A stretch of 64,000 nucleotides of DNA, taken from positions 132,060,001 through 132,124,000 of the forward strand of contig OZ024740.1 in the NCBI GenBank assembly GCA_964016885.1, in the 5' to 3' direction. Position 1 is the stretch's first letter, and every line of letters starts with the position of its first letter. Under the pieces are notes generated by a model that saw nothing but the letters and a program-made list of their open reading frames with translations, searched no databases and had not been told where the DNA came from. Source of the stretch: Eledone cirrhosa (taxonomy: Eukaryota). The translations under genes were made by a program, and so were the position numbers. Of the stretch, positions 38,871 to 53,933 are shown one piece after another.

Positions 38871-39756
38871 TTTATGAAATATGACGTGATAGGTGATATA
38901 TTAGAGTGATAACATCAGGACAATATCAATGAGTGAGAAATAATATAAATGAATTATCGGTTAATGAATAGTTATGATAATGTTATTGGAGATATATAGA
39001 TATAATAAAATATATAATATAATAAATATAGAAGTAAAACAGAAGTGACAGATGTTAGTTTAATGGAGATTATAAATTCACAATATTCGGAATATTGCCA
39101 ATAATAATAACAGCTACCAAGACACGGTAAACAATAGCTCTAAAGGAATTAATATGTAATAAAAGTTATTTGTAGCACTAAATCTTGTAGAAATATTGTC
39201 TCATTTAATTCCTTTAATAAGAACTGAATTCACAAAAATTCAAATAAACAATTAATTACATACACACGTGTGTGTTGCTCATGTATGAGTAATTGATAAT
39301 TACAAATCTAAAACTTAGCAATTCAACATTGTTTTTCCAATTATAGAAGTAGTAAATGTTAAAATATTAAATATTTACAAAGGGTCAAATTCTAGAATAC
39401 AAAACGTAAAATTATCCTTTGAAAGACGTAATCATAAAAATGGGAAATACATAATATAGAGTTTAAATTTAGTATATTAACTACTCAGATATATATATAA
39501 CTTTAATATGTGTGTAGAATCCTACACCATTCTAGATAAGGGAACATTTAACTGGTGCGGACAGAAAAGAATATCTTGTTTGCGATTCCTTGGGGAGTTG
39601 TAAGTGCACCATAATGAAATACGACGTTTCTAGGGCATCTGCTGGAACATATCTTACCACGTCTTAATATAGCAGATTGTGTCCAGAGAAGGATAGAGAG
39701 AGTACCAGAATGGAAGTGAGAAAGAAATGTAGTGGAAGAATCTACACCAAAACTTG

Positions 39757-39874
39757 ACTGATACTATTTTATCGAAATCGAGTTAATTTCGGTGGGATAT
39801 GAACTCAGAGAGTAGATAGCCGACACGAATCCCGCAAAGTGTTTGATCGGATGTTCTAACTACCCTGCTCACCT
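39757..39874 (-). mobile_element. Old degenerate SINE
   Basis: TACTATTTTATCGA..GGGATATGAACTCAG. Confidence 0.55.
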
Positions 39875-40040
39875 TATATATGTGTATTTCTAGTAACATG
39901 AAATATCAACGAGTCTATAATTCCCGCTTTTTCTTACGGCCTATTTGTTTGTGGGTCATTTTAACAGCTTGGTTTCATACACCGGGCAGAAAGTGATACA
40001 TCTACATCTACTTAGATTTATGTCTAGTAGGTTTGGAAAA

Positions 40041-40120
40041 GCTATCTGAAGATCTGTATCTTTCCATTGGAATTTCTCTGAATCTCCAATATTTTGATCA
40101 GCGAAACCGTCGGTCATTAC
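40041..40120 (+). ncRNA. Degenerate type I hammerhead motif
   Basis: GCTAT-CTGAAGA-TCTG..CAGC-GAAAC-CGTCG-GTC-ATTAC; stem I only partly paired. Confidence 0.55.
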
Positions 40121-40189
40121 ATTAGAAGAGGTAAATATTTAAATCGTATTTTAATTAATTTAAAAGTTGTTTAATGTTTACTTGTTCCG

Positions 40190-40247
<58 letters not shown>

Positions 40248-40250
40248 TAT

Positions 40251-40313
<63 letters not shown>

Positions 40314-40348
40314 TAGGGAGAGAGAGAGACAGAGATGAGTGTGTAATG

Positions 40349-40383
<35 letters not shown>

Positions 40384-40442
40384 GATGTATATGTGTGTAT
40401 ATGTATGTGCGTATGTGAAATGATTATATATCTATAAGTGTG

Positions 40443-40513
<71 letters not shown>

Positions 40514-41533
40514 GAATGCATGTATGTCATCATTTCATCATTTTACTTGCACGTTTCAACTCAGCTATGGTTGATATATGCAAACAGAACAGAGAAAATG
40601 TAAATACCAAATATTCTCAACAAAATAACATTGCCACCAGCCATAGGAAATGCAGAAGACACACGTTTGATCGGTTTTTATTAATCTTTTAACGGATGTA
40701 TAAAAGGACACTTGATCTCATTTCTTGAACATATGATCCATTATATTTTTACTCTAAATCGTGAAAGCAATTCTTATGTAATATCTGCTCCATTTAATTG
40801 CAAAAATTGGAATGCATGAAAACTTCCGTTACATTATTCATCATTTTGACTATATAGATTTATTTCAAGAAGTTTTTAATATTTTCAGATTTGTCTAATA
40901 TGAAATCTGGCGGAGTGTAACATGTTCATAAGGGTGATAAAGCAAACATTCGCTCCGAAGTATGATAGTTGAAAAGTACATTACATTGCCTTTGAGATAA
41001 ACTATAACTGAATTGCATTCCTTGGAAGCACTACCCACTTGTGAATTAAATGAGACGCCATTGGTTACGTGACGGTCATCTGAATATTCTGGTATCACCC
41101 AGAAGTGCCAACGAAAGAGAATGCCGTTGTTCAATACAGTATGGGCACATACTCAACGTCCAATATGTGATTTGTCTTAATGCATCGGGCATTGCAATGG
41201 TACATTGTCTGCCACACGTGAAATACACTCATGCACAAACACATGCACGCACACAAACACAAACGGGCACATATGTGAGTATGCGTGTGATTGTGTTTGC
41301 AGAGTATTTGCTCCAATCTTAAGTAACATCCTCGTACCGATGTTTATAAAGCAATATCCTAGTCTCGAAAAGCAGAAAAACTTATGTCTGCGTGTAGTTG
41401 AAATATTTTAGTGTAGCTAGGCTTCCTAAGATATATGCTTCATTCGTCTATCCGATAAGTGAGCTAAATTTCCGTCAGTCCTAATGTTGATCCTGTCTGT
41501 CTCAACTTATGCATTTACTATCATATAGTGTAT

Positions 41534-41720
41534 GAGGCAGAATCGATAGAGCATCTGATAAAATGCCGTTGCGTTAGTTCAAATTCCTTAGAGGTCAATT
41601 TTAAATTTTATCCTTTCGGAATCGATAAAATATAGTATCAGTATCGTATTGGAGTTGATGCAATAAGCTTTAACCTTCCCCAACATTCGATGGCATTGTA
41701 ACTAATGTCGAATAAATATC
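41534..41720 (+). mobile_element. Old degenerate SINE
   Basis: GGCAGAATCGATAGAG..AGTTCAAATTCC..TCCTTTCGGAATCGATAAAATATAGTATCAG. Confidence 0.65.
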
Positions 41721-42959
41721 ATATTTTGTTTACATATTACTCTATCAATTAGGCTGAAGTTGAAAACTTATACTGTCAAGCTAAGTAACGTGTGAAATTT
41801 AATTAGGCTACAAATATGCTGATATTTCGAGTTCAAATGCCGGCGAAATTATTTAAAATCTCTATTTTTGTATATTTAATACATCATCTATGTTATGTAA
41901 CACTTCTAGTCTTGTGCAATAGTTAAAAGTAATTAATCTAATAATAGTTAATGTTTACTGTAATATTCACCACATTTACTTTTAACCCTACACTGAGGTG
42001 TTGATCTATTATAACGGCACAGTGAAACATATATACATCAAATCAACATTGAATGAAGCTTTTATCCATATGCGTAAATGCCATGTGTTTGAAAGCGGGA
42101 AACGATACAATAAATAATGTTCTACTATAGATCTGTGGGGAATTCACAAACATGGTCTACAGGGAGAGTACATGTTGATCACGATAATTATGATTACTGA
42201 TGTAACGGATCTTAAAATGATTTAAACGTGTATTTCCATTAACTCACAGAGAAGCCCATGATTTTCTTTTAATATTCCTAAAGTAATGTATTATAATTGA
42301 TACAAATAATCATATTGTGATTGGAAAAAGCACTGTGTTAAAAACATCCGTGCATCAATGATATATTCATCTCTCTGATTAAATGTGCGAATGCTACAAA
42401 ACATTTTAAAAATTGAAACAATATGCGATAGTGCCGCCCATCAATTCTTATTTCGGATTATTGAAGATTTGAGATATAGGATTAAATATTAGTCATTTCT
42501 TCGAGGAAGAATTTAATTATTCAGCATCACACACTTCAGTTATATATGGTGTTGTCACTAGAACTGTTTTCATTCCATTACTTAAGGAATCCATGGAATG
42601 AGAACACGCCCACGCAATTATTCCAGTATAAACATTGAAGACATTCGTGGAAAGCTTGAGGCTGCTTGATGACCAGGACATATGGAAGGGGAGGATGTTG
42701 TGTCTTCTCAGTAAACCTATGACCCCCACCCAATACTAAACTTATTGAACAATTTATAAATTAATTTAATTAGCATACACAATACGAAGCAAACATATGA
42801 TTCTGATTTATGAACGTGCGGCAACATTGTGTTGACAAGAAAATTCGTATTTTTTTCCAATATTTCCTCGTCCTCGTTGTCGCCGGCTATGTCGTCGTCG
42901 TCATCGTTATCGTCATTGTCATCCTGTTCTTCTTTTTCTTCTTCTCTCCGCTCTCTTGA

Positions 42960-44980
42960 AAAAACAGCGGTTTGCCACAGAGGTTCATAGGTGGCAGCAA
43001 CAACAGCTATAAGAGCATCATAATCAAACAAAAACAACAGCCACACCAACAACGGTAGAATCTGCAATATCAAAGACAGCGATACCAACAACCACTAACC
43101 GCACCAACAATAGAATCAAAATCATGACCACAAACACCGCCAACATCAGCATTAGAAACAAGAGCACCAAAGGTTGCAAATAAACAACCACCACCACTAT
43201 ATAAAGCAACAGCAGGAATCAGGAAAACAACCAGTGGGTCTCCCAACACAATACTGCGTCTACTCCACTTCCAAAAGCACACACGTACACACACTCATAC
43301 ACTCACGCCACAATACTCATCTAACTTTAATGACCCGGACACGGAAAGGTTCTTTTCGCGCAGCGAGGAAGAGGGTGGAGACAAACCTCCCAAGAAACAA
43401 AAGAAGAAACATAAAGAATACAACTTCCTGCATCATTCCAACAGACACATGAAAATACGGAACAGAAAACCAACTAAATACACTCAAACTGTACACAGTC
43501 ACATGTCCAACTACAACACCTCCAACAGCATCACCAGATACAGGAACGCAAGCAAACCACCAACACTACAAACACAACCGACAAGAAAACATTGGCAACA
43601 ATAACAAAAGTAAACAGTCACAAAATTCAATAAGAATGAAACATAGATCCAAATTTGTGCTATTCAGCAGGGAAAAACAACAACTGTTTTTCGTATCTGA
43701 AACTGAGGACAATGAGTTAGACGAGGAAATATTTGATACAGAAACCGACAGAAGCAGAGATTTCAAACGCCTCAAGGTGCAAATCAGTTGCTCCAACTGC
43801 CTGACAGTTACTGAATAGATTTTTCGAATGCACCCGCATAGGAGCAGTGGTCTTAAACACGTAGTGGGGCGCATACAAGTGATATATTATATTCGATAGT
43901 TCTTAGTAAAGAATTAACGATAGCAAAATAGAACGGAAGCGAGGTTAGTACCCAAACTAGATGAGACGATTGCAGCCGATGTGTTAGTTGTAAGAATGAT
44001 GATAGACCATTTCTCAATGCAAAAGAGGAGAGTTTTACTGTCAGAACTATGGTTCGTGTTCTAAGAAACTAAGGAAGAAAACCTATTCGAAAGGCCCGAG
44101 TGCCAGGGCAGAAGGTGGGAACAAATCCACTCTTTAGTTTTTGACTAACCATGACGGGCGCGATTCGATTCAGATGTGCACTGCTTTCGGGCAACAATTG
44201 CACCAATGTTCGGAGTGAGATAATGGTATGATACCGTAGCAGACTACATTTCATACCTCCACAGTGTGCACGACAATGCTGAGAAAATGCGGAGGTCAGC
44301 GAAAAGGCGAGATAAGGAAAAGCCAGGATGGCTGTACGAAGCGCAAATCTCCTCGGTTTGATGGTCTGCCCGACGATCTTTAGACAGACATGCCAGACTT
44401 GTTAACCGATTTCATTGAGACCATACACTGCGACTAGCAACAAAACAAGAGTATTCCCAGTTCTGTAAATCTGATGAGGATTGACGATAGCAGGGGAGGG
44501 GGGGGGGCATAATTTCCGGCAGTTAATTCTGCTGAAAACAGAGTTGAAAATTTTGGACAAGTTTCCAGAAATGAGGATGGCCCTTGTCGTCAAGAGCCTC
44601 ATGAGGGAGGTCCAATTTTCTGCAATCCCGACCAGGTACTTACAAGAAAATCTCCACCACATGCGACACAACGTAGATTAAGCAGCTATTCAACTGGATT
44701 TGTTGGAGCACCGATCAATTTGAATCAACCGAAAGCTTTTATTTGGGTCAAGCATCAATGCCTGGAGGCTATCTACAAAGTAGATTGTTTCGGTCCTGTG
44801 TTCAGAGGCTCGATCGCTGAAATACACTGCGGTATATGCTCGGTGGTCAAAGAAAATAGCCACCTATCGGAATTGTTGCAGATCTCGAGCTCCGTCCATG
44901 AATGATACACTGTCTCCTCTATTCTGTACACACTGGCATTCAATCCACTACTACAGAGGCTGGAGATGTTGATGTACATC
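42960..44980 (+). mobile_element. Highly degraded third Tx1-like relic (opposite strand)
   Basis: GGGHNFRQLILLKTELKILDK..AIPTRYLQENLHHMR and NQPKAF.WV.HQCLEA..FGPVFRGSIA match ORF2 of copies A/B; upstream Thr/Asn/Gln-rich segment resembles their ORF1. Left boundary approximate. Confidence 0.7.
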
Positions 44981-45423
44981 TTACTTGAATCGGGACGTGG
45001 AAGGGAAAACAAAAGGCGAAACAATAAAACCAAACACAAATAAAAGTAAAGCATAAAACATCTCAAACACAACAGAAAATGCAGACATACACAACAACAC
45101 GAACACCACCATCGTTACCTCAACCAACCAAAAGAAAACAAGCACAACCATAACAATAAAGCGCAGAAAACTTTGTGCTACTAAGAAGAGCAAAATTGTT
45201 GGCCCACATTGCATGAAGCAAATACATCGAAAGGGTCATGCTCCACATGGACCTCAGACATAAAGATGAAATGTTGACACATGCATGGAACAGCATTAGA
45301 CAGAAGCAACCCTAGGTCAACTTAAGAGACCTTTGAAGCGGTGAAGAAGAGAATAGTAATATTTAGATGCATTTCAGGGCAGACTTACATGACTATGTTC
45401 AAGTTGCGCTGAAATTGACACTC

Positions 45424-46136
45424 AGGATATAGCGAGAGGCAGACAATGCGGCAGAATCTCAGTGCTGTTTAAATCAGAGGCCTTCGCTGAGAAACACTCG
45501 GTGATCCTTTGCAAAACATCTCACCTATGAAGAAGAACAGAAGTGTTACGTCTATTTACATTCTTAGTTCAAAACTGACCACGCTTAGCATTGTATTTCG
45601 TTATTACGTGGGTCGATGAAATAAAGCAGAGAATTGTAGGCCTTGTGCCAAAATCAGAAACCATTATTATATTGCTCGTAGGGCGTTGGATTGTCAGTAT
45701 CGGTGGAGGGTCGGACACCATGCTTTGCAGCATAGAGTTACGGCCCTTTATGGTCTGAGTTCAAATGCCGCCGAGGTTAACTTTTCTTTTGATCCTTACG
45801 GGGTCGATAAACTAAAGTACCAGTAATGCATTGGCCTTGTGCCAAAAGTAGAAAAAATGATTATATTGCTCGTAATAATGGTTTCTGATATAGGCACAAG
45901 GTCTACAATTCTCTGCTTTATTTCATCGACCCATGTAATAACGAAATACAATGCTAAGCGTGGTCAGGTTTGAACTAAGAATGTAAATAGACGTAATACT
46001 TCTGTTCTTCTTCATAGGTGAGATGGGAATATCCCTTACTTGTTTTGGAAAGGATCACCGAGTTTTTCTAAGCGAAGGCCTCTGATTTAAACAGCACTGA
46101 GATTATGCCGTATTGTCTGCCCCTCGCTATATCCTG
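45424..46136. repeat. ~245-bp-arm inverted duplication (45424-45668 / 45875-46136) with a SINE at its centre
   Basis: Arms are reverse complements and include an old SINE tail; the right arm carries a ~17-bp extra segment. Confidence 0.88.
45681..45860 (+). mobile_element. SINE, 14-bp TSD
   Basis: TSD TTATATTGCTCGTA at 45667-45680 and 45861-45874. Confidence 0.9.
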
Positions 46137-46318
46137 GTGAATTAGCAGTATCGGTAGAGGGTCGGACATGCTTTCCAGCATAGCTACGTCCCTTTACGAT
46201 CTGAGTTCAAATCCCGCCGAAGTTAACTTTGCCTTTCATCCTTACGAGATCGATAAAATAAAGTATCAGTAATGTACTGGTTAAGTGTTGGCCTTGTGCC
46301 AACAGTAGAAACAATTAT
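46136..46318 (+). mobile_element. SINE
   Basis: Family sequence; followed by TTATATTGCTGGTA. Confidence 0.9.
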
Positions 46319-46665
46319 TATATTGCTGGTACTGATGTTTTTAATCCAGTTGTTGTACTTACCAATGACATTTATCTTCAGTTACATTATCAATAACAGC
46401 AACATTTTATTGGAAAGTTTTACAAAAACACAAATAATTATTACTTCCTAGCATCATTTGTTCCTACTTGCTCCTAATTAATTTTCTCCTCCAACGTTAA
46501 CTCTATCTCAGTTAATTACAGATAATTAATCACGTAAAATTTGTTAACGGTTTTTGTATTTTTAGAATATTTCAGTAGCGTTGATTGCTTTTCCTACCTA
46601 ATGATTATCACTTAATTATTTAGATTTATAAGTACGTACATGTACATATATAAGTATGCATGTAC

Positions 46666-46721
<56 letters not shown>

Positions 46722-46853
46722 CTGTGTGTGTGTGTGTGTCTTAGTGTGTGTATGTACATGTATATATATATATACCCGCACGCAGACCCACAAACGCACC
46801 CACACACAACCTATCATAAACATATATATGTATGTATGTGTGTACGTATGGAC

Positions 46854-46889
<36 letters not shown>

Positions 46890-47664
46890 GCATACAGATC
46901 TGTCTTTAATCTCACTTTCAAATTGTTTTGTACTGTTATCATGACAAGGATATATATTTGTTGCTAATGTTTAAGTTTGTTGAATTCCCGTGCATGTAAT
47001 CCATGTAACTATCATACACCGTTTTTTCCAGTCTTGTATTCTCCTCAGTGTCTTCGGCATACATGGCCATGTCCCTGCAATCTCCAAAATGTCCTGGACC
47101 TTCTTTATACAGACACACACACACGCGTGTGTGTGTGCGTATGTGTGTGTGTAGTAAAAGAATGAAGAATAGCACGGTCGGCTGTACAAAAGGGTTTATT
47201 TACACTATTAACAATTGTTTCTATAATCAGTTGAGTGTAAAAGCCGGTGATCGGTAATTACAATGTATGCCTGCTGTAATCATCAGAATACACACACACA
47301 CATATAATTATATATATATATATATATAGTGCCTATTATAATAATATTAATAAATGGAGTATTAAAACTAACTGATTTACCGGATAGTTAAAAGCTCAAT
47401 GCAATGTGGTTGACGTCGAGCTTTTATATACTAATGTCACAAACTTTGTCAATCTGTAGCTACCAGCCTAAATCTTACTATTGTGCATAGAATTATAATA
47501 TAATTCCAAATACCTCAACATTTATGATTCGGTTGCTTACCAATGGTTAGAACTGGTAATTCCGGTTAGTAAATCATGATGTAGAAGTAAGGAAAGGACT
47601 CTACGCTATTCAACACATCCCTCGGACATGTGGTGTCCAGTAGCTGGCATAGGAACGGAGTTAA

Positions 47665-47912
47665 ATATTTATTAAAAATAAGAGAAGGCCGGATTGGAAA
47701 TATCGCTTTTAAGTGTTGCAAAAAAACAAAACAAAAATACATATAATATATTTCAATGACCTAATTACATAATTGAATCATGATGTAAGACCTAAGCGAC
47801 ACTGGGGTCATCACTATGTATGTTGTTTTTTTCTTGTTGTTTTTTTTTGCAACAGCGAGATATTAAAGCCATATTTGCAGTCCGACCGTCTAATATTTTT
47901 AAATGAATATAT
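47665..47912. repeat. Degenerate foldback inverted repeat
   Basis: CGGATTGGAAATATCGCTTT..TGTTGCAAAAAAA..ATGACC vs GGTCAT..TTTTTTTGCAACA..AAAGCCATATTTGCAGTCCG. Confidence 0.65.
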
Positions 47913-48150
47913 TTATAAGTGATTACGTTTATATATAATAAATTTAATATAGAAATGTCTTCTACATTATTAGAACACTCTCATTCGAATGAAATTATTC
48001 TAGTACCACAGAAGCCATTTGTGTATTAAATTTGTTGTATATTTTTAAGTAATGTATTGAGTACCTTATTTAACGAGGTCACTCCTGATTGAACCTGTGA
48101 CTCACACACACGCACACACACACACACACGGTTATATACATATATACATA

Positions 48151-48189
<39 letters not shown>

Positions 48190-51100
48190 GTGAATATATC
48201 TGGCGTTACAGCAGCCCATTCGCAGCATCAACAGACAAGCCAAATGAGGGACAACTCGAGGGGCCAAGATGGTAAGAGCTACTGAAAAAAAATGGGGTGC
48301 TCGGAAAGAAAACGAATTATTAAGAAAAAATAGAAAGAAAAGGATGGTGGGGGACACAAATAGGGATATAAGATGAAACTGATATTGAATATGTAGGGAG
48401 ATAAAGAGGAAAAGGGATTTTTGGTTAGCTAAAATAGATCTTTTTTACTGAAGTAAAGTAAAGAATAATTGTCGATGGAAGAAAGAATATAACTATAATA
48501 CGTATCTTGCAGACGATGATGGTGATGATGGGTGCGTAGAGAGGAGGAAAATGGAGTAGCGAAAATAAAGGAACAATTGGTGTAATTTGCAGAAACGGTT
48601 CACTATATTTTGATGTTAGTGGATGGGTTAAAATTATATGTTAGTAGTAGCAACAATGAAAATGTGTGTAAAATTCAGTGAAACATTATAGTGAAAAAAA
48701 TAGCTTTTATGAAAAGTAAATTTAAATTTAAGATGAAGATTAAGATAAAGTAAAATAGTAAATACTTTCATTATGAGGAATTTGAAATATTAGGAACTGC
48801 AAGGGTGATGTATATGGTGGGGAAATAATTATGGTGGGTGAGTGGGTGTATGGGGACTAGGGTAGGAGTTAGACGTAGTGAAGTTCTCGAGGAAGTAGAT
48901 AACATATAAAGTAATAAAAGTATGCTATAAATTTAAATAAAATATTATATTGTAAAATACATTATACATTATATGATTATATATCATACATTGTATAATA
49001 CAGTACACAATAACATGATATGAAGATTATAAAATATACAGTTATAGGATATAATATAAAATTTAAGGTTGGTGAAATTAATATATGTAATTATGGTAAT
49101 GGTGAAAACTATGACGGGTGTTGAGTGAATGGTTACGTTGGGGGTGTCACTCTCAAGCAAATAAGCAAAATATAATAAAGGAAAAATTATAAAAATGAAA
49201 AATTAACATATATTATAAATATTATTAAAATAGAAAGGTAATGAAATATGATTTATAACATATAAGATTAAGTAAATATATATGAAAAAAATGTGTTATG
49301 ACACCAACTTACTCGCAGACAGCAAAGCCTAGGGGGTGGCAGTAATTGCCGTGGTATTGAGTATAGACATAGTGTTAGAGGGAAGACCTTCCGCCATTTG
49401 CGCAATCCGGTTCACATCGTTATTGTAAATGACACACCCTGTTCATTCCATAATCAAAGCTCGTCCGAGGAATATCTAGTGTAAAGAAGTTATTTGGGAT
49501 TTCATGTGTCAATTTCCCTTGACAACACACGGTCGTAATTATGAAGGAAATTGTAGCGCGTTTTAGAGATTCATCAATCAGAAAAGTACATCTAAACACA
49601 AGATTCCTCATATTTTCTTTTGTATCTGCCTCTGTTTAATTCAATATCGTTTTGACAAACCAATTTATATAAAACAAAAGAAAAAATCGTGTCGTTCATA
49701 TGTTTATGGGGGTGCTCCATTTTGAAGCACCAACAGACTAATCGACCATGAAAAAAACCCCTCTAAAATGGAACAATTATATAATTGTTTGAAAATCATA
49801 TTGCATAGTGAAAAAAAAAACATCAAAAGGAAATATTAATGGTCCTTTTTTTAAAATAATATTTGATGTCTGATAAAAAAAAAAGAATGCATTGGTGCAT
49901 AACTTAATATTCGATTTAACAATATTTTGTATTTACGTTTTTTCTTGTTTAATCAGCTTCTGGAAAAGAAAAATAATTTTTTAACTCTGTGTTTCCAACA
50001 AAACAATCAAAACAAATGCATAGGTAATATCGGAACGCTTTTTACATGTTTGTTTCAATAGCATAACCCCTTTTACATCATAGATTCCTTAGACACAACC
50101 ACCATTGTCATAGAGATTATCATTAGTATGTCTTAACGAATATTGTGGTTTGAGTTCCTAGATATGCTGTAAAGCATAAATTACATGGCATTTAACTATC
50201 TTCATCATAACTCCTCGTGGATCAGCTGAGTCAGTTAAGGAAACAAAATAGCACTAAATAGATCGTTTTCCGCATTTTTATAATAAATAATAAAATATTT
50301 AGCGCTCTATTTATCAATATCTGTTTCAAAATATTTTTTCACTTTTTTGTGGGGATGGATCTTTCTTTTTTCATTTTACAATAATGCTATGCTTTCTCTG
50401 TATTTCGTAGCTGACAAATATTTAACTGGAAACGTTTAAGGCACGCTTAACATCCGAAGATCTTAAAAAATAATGCGTATCAATCGAAGGATATTTGTTT
50501 TTAATTTTTAGTCATGTACGGATTATCAGCTTACGTAATAACGTTTCTTCGATCCTTTGAACGAGTATAGAGTGGTAGAGCAATTTGCGTGATGAAGTAC
50601 ATGGGAAGATTTTGTTTGTCACCCAATATGTAGTGGCATGTAAAGTTTATTTACATCTCTAATTTTCCAAACAATAATGGAATAGGAATAACTTTTGAGG
50701 TTGATTATTCATGACACTTTCTACACTCATACACATATTACCGTGAGCCACTGCACCTATATAATATTATAGATATCTGTATATTCACATGCTATCCACC
50801 ACGTCTATGGGGGAGGTGAGGAATTGTAACGACAAATATGTTCAGCATTATAGTTAACTGAAGATCTTTTGTTGACAATTTGAGTAAACAAATAACAATA
50901 CATACTATACACGCAAACAGACACTCACAAACATGGGCACTAACAAAATAATCATAGATACAAATGGTCTATACACAATATTTACATGTATATAGATTCA
51001 ATAAAACCAATTAGAATATCTTCAGGTTTTACATTCAATTTACGAATATATGCAGATTTAAATATAGAACTGAAGGTAAGATAAGACACAATTGATAAAA

Positions 51101-51340
51101 TGCAACTGTAATCCATGGTTGTGTCACGCACGCGGTTTCCTTTCCCCAAACTGCGCTGATACTGTCTTTGCAAACTGGGGGCAGTGTCATGGGTAATATT
51201 TTCTGGGGTTCTATATATAGGGTTTATCTAGTAAAAAATCCATCGTTCATCAGGCAAACACGTTTCCGAGTCAATATTACAAGAGTATTTTACTTTGAAA
51301 TGCTTAAAAGGCATATTGCAGGTTTTGCTATGTATTTAAT

Positions 51341-51526
51341 TGTTTCAACACTTGGGTCAAGGCCAGCAATTACTCATTGCATTACTGGTACCTTATTTTA
51401 TCGACACCCATAAGTATCAAAAGCAAAGCTAACATTGACTGGAATTGAACTCAGACCGTAAAGGGACGTAACTATGCTGGAATGCATGGCGCCCGACTCT
51501 CTACCGATACTTCCAATTCACCGCCC
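51341..51526 (-). mobile_element. SINE, 14-bp TSD
   Basis: TSD GCTATGTATTTAAT at 51327-51340 and 51530-51543. Confidence 0.9.
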
Positions 51527-52443
51527 TTCGCTATGTATTTAATGAACATATTTTGTTGTCCTTTTTATTTATTATGATAACTGGTCTACTGGATTTGATT
51601 TACCTATGTATTGTGCTGCCCCAGTGTATTAATACATTACCAAGATCAATTAAAGTACACGGAAGTTATTGATACCAGTTGGTGTTGTTTCATTTTAATA
51701 GAATGTGCATATTTCTCAGTGGAGAGATTACAAGACACTGCTGCGATTTTCTTTATGTTCAGACAATGCTATTTTGGCCGGGAAAGATAGGTGATTCATT
51801 GTTAAAAAGCTTCTAAATCATAACTTGCTATTTGGATTGTTATTTTTTCGCGATACGTTTGTCTGATAACATTTTGTGTCCAGTCATTATTAGTTATGTA
51901 GAGCCAGTATGAAACATTATATTTCGTGTTCAGCCATAATCTGCACAGCCAGTGAGGTTTCTAGGTTTTATTACATCAGTTTGAATTATTCGAGTCAATT
52001 GCAGGCCTTAGCGAGGGGTGTTTTGCCATTGTCTCTTCATTTGTTAGAGGGTTAATCAATTTTCTCTTGGTATTGTGTCCTTTGATACTACTATTTGTTG
52101 TAGAAGAGGTTTGCATTCTACCTACCTACATAGATGGATATTCATTTATCTATATATATTCAGACTGATAATAGGGCTTGTATTTTTCTTTGTTATAAAT
52201 GTATATATTGATGAATAGACATAAATGGTTAACAGCCAGGAAAGCAGGCAAATATAGAAAGACGGTTAAGAGAAACTAAATTATTAGAGAGAGAAAGCAG
52301 GGGGACCCATTTTATAGTGTTCAGGTCTCAACTGGGGTCCAACCATAGAATGACTGCTGTATTATGTCTTCAGTTTATCACAGATTCTGCTCTGCCGTTG
52401 ATGAGATCTGGGGGTGCTCAAACGATATGGTAAAGTTCCATCA

Positions 52444-52504
<61 letters not shown>

Positions 52505-53294
52505 ATGTGTGTGTGTGGGGGAGGGGGTGTATGTGTGTGTTTGTGTGTATGTAATATATATATATATATATATATATATGATAAAATAAATATAAAATAA
52601 AAAATAAAATATAAAAAAATATATTCATGGATGCATTAAGTAAAAGATACATATATTGGCCAGACTATCTCACGCACACTTGCACATACTATTATATAAA
52701 CACACACATATATATATATACATATAAATGAAAATATAAACATTAATGTGAGCTAGGAGCCAACAGTAATTCATAATATATAAGTGACTATAACGTCAAA
52801 ATGGAAAAAATATTAACGTAAGATGTGGGAAAATGATTCAAACTCAATTCAAAAGAAATCAAGACAAAGATTTTATCCACAGATTTTGTGAAATCCAGGG
52901 AAAAAACCAATAGAGTCTTAACTCATAATACAATAAAGTTTAATTACTGATCCTTCAATTTGTCTTAGAAATACTATTTCACGAAACTTTTCAGTGGGGA
53001 TGGTTACGTTTGGAGTCGTTCCTCAGTAGAGCTCAAACACGAAAAATCATGAATGTTTGATTCTTATAGAATTCTAGTATAATCAGGAACTGATTATACA
53101 TAGCAGTTGGCGGTCAAGCAGAAATTGAAAATTAGAATTGGTGCTCTGAAATAGCTATATATATATGAATGTATATATAGTGTATTTTGCAATATACTGT
53201 ATGCTTAATTAAAAGCATTTCGAAGACCTTACGCTATTGTTTTAAGTAGTGACAGTCTAACTTACTTTAAATTTTCAGCAAACAGGGGAGATAA

Positions 53295-53339
53295 AGCTGA
53301 CAGAACTCTGTTTCGTACTGTTTGTTACTTATCAAAGCT
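53295..53339 (-). ncRNA. Type I hammerhead with U3-A8 core (array A, copy 1)
   Basis: AGCT-TTGATAA-GTAA-CAAACA-GTAC-GAAAC-AGAGTTCT-GTC-AGCT. Confidence 0.75.
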
Positions 53340-53614
53340 AAGTAATTCACCTGTTTGCTGAAAATCATGAATGTTTTATTCTTATAGAATTTTAGTAATA
53401 ATCAGGAACTGATTATACAGCGCAGTTGCCGGTCAAGCAGAAATTTAAAATTCGAATTGGTACTCTGAAAAAACGATATATATATGAATGTATATATAGT
53501 GTATTTTGCAATATACTGTATGCTTAATTGAAAGCATTTCGAAGACCTTACGCTATTGTTTTAGAGTAGTGACCGTCTCACTTAATTTAAATGTTCAGCA
53601 AACTGGGGTGATAA

Positions 53615-53659
53615 ATCTGACAGAGCTCTGTTTCGTACTTTTTGGTTCTTATCAAACCT
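53615..53659 (-). ncRNA. Hammerhead, array A copy 2
   Basis: AGGT-TTGATAA-GAAC-CAAAAA-GTAC-GAAAC-AGAGCTCT-GTC-AGAT. Confidence 0.65.
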
Positions 53660-53933
53660 ATGTACTCCACCTGTTTGCTGAAAATCATGAATGTTTGATT
53701 CTTCTAGAATTCTAATAATAATCAAGAACTGATTATACAGAGCAGTTGCTGGTCAAACATACATTGAAAATTAGAATAGTGCCCTGAAATAGCGATATAT
53801 ATATGAATGTATGTATAGTGTATATTGCAATACAATGTATGCTTAGTTAAAAGCATTTCGAAGACCTTACGCTATTGTTTTAGAGTATTGACTGTCTCAT
53901 TTAATTTAAATTTTCAGCACACTGGGGAGATAA

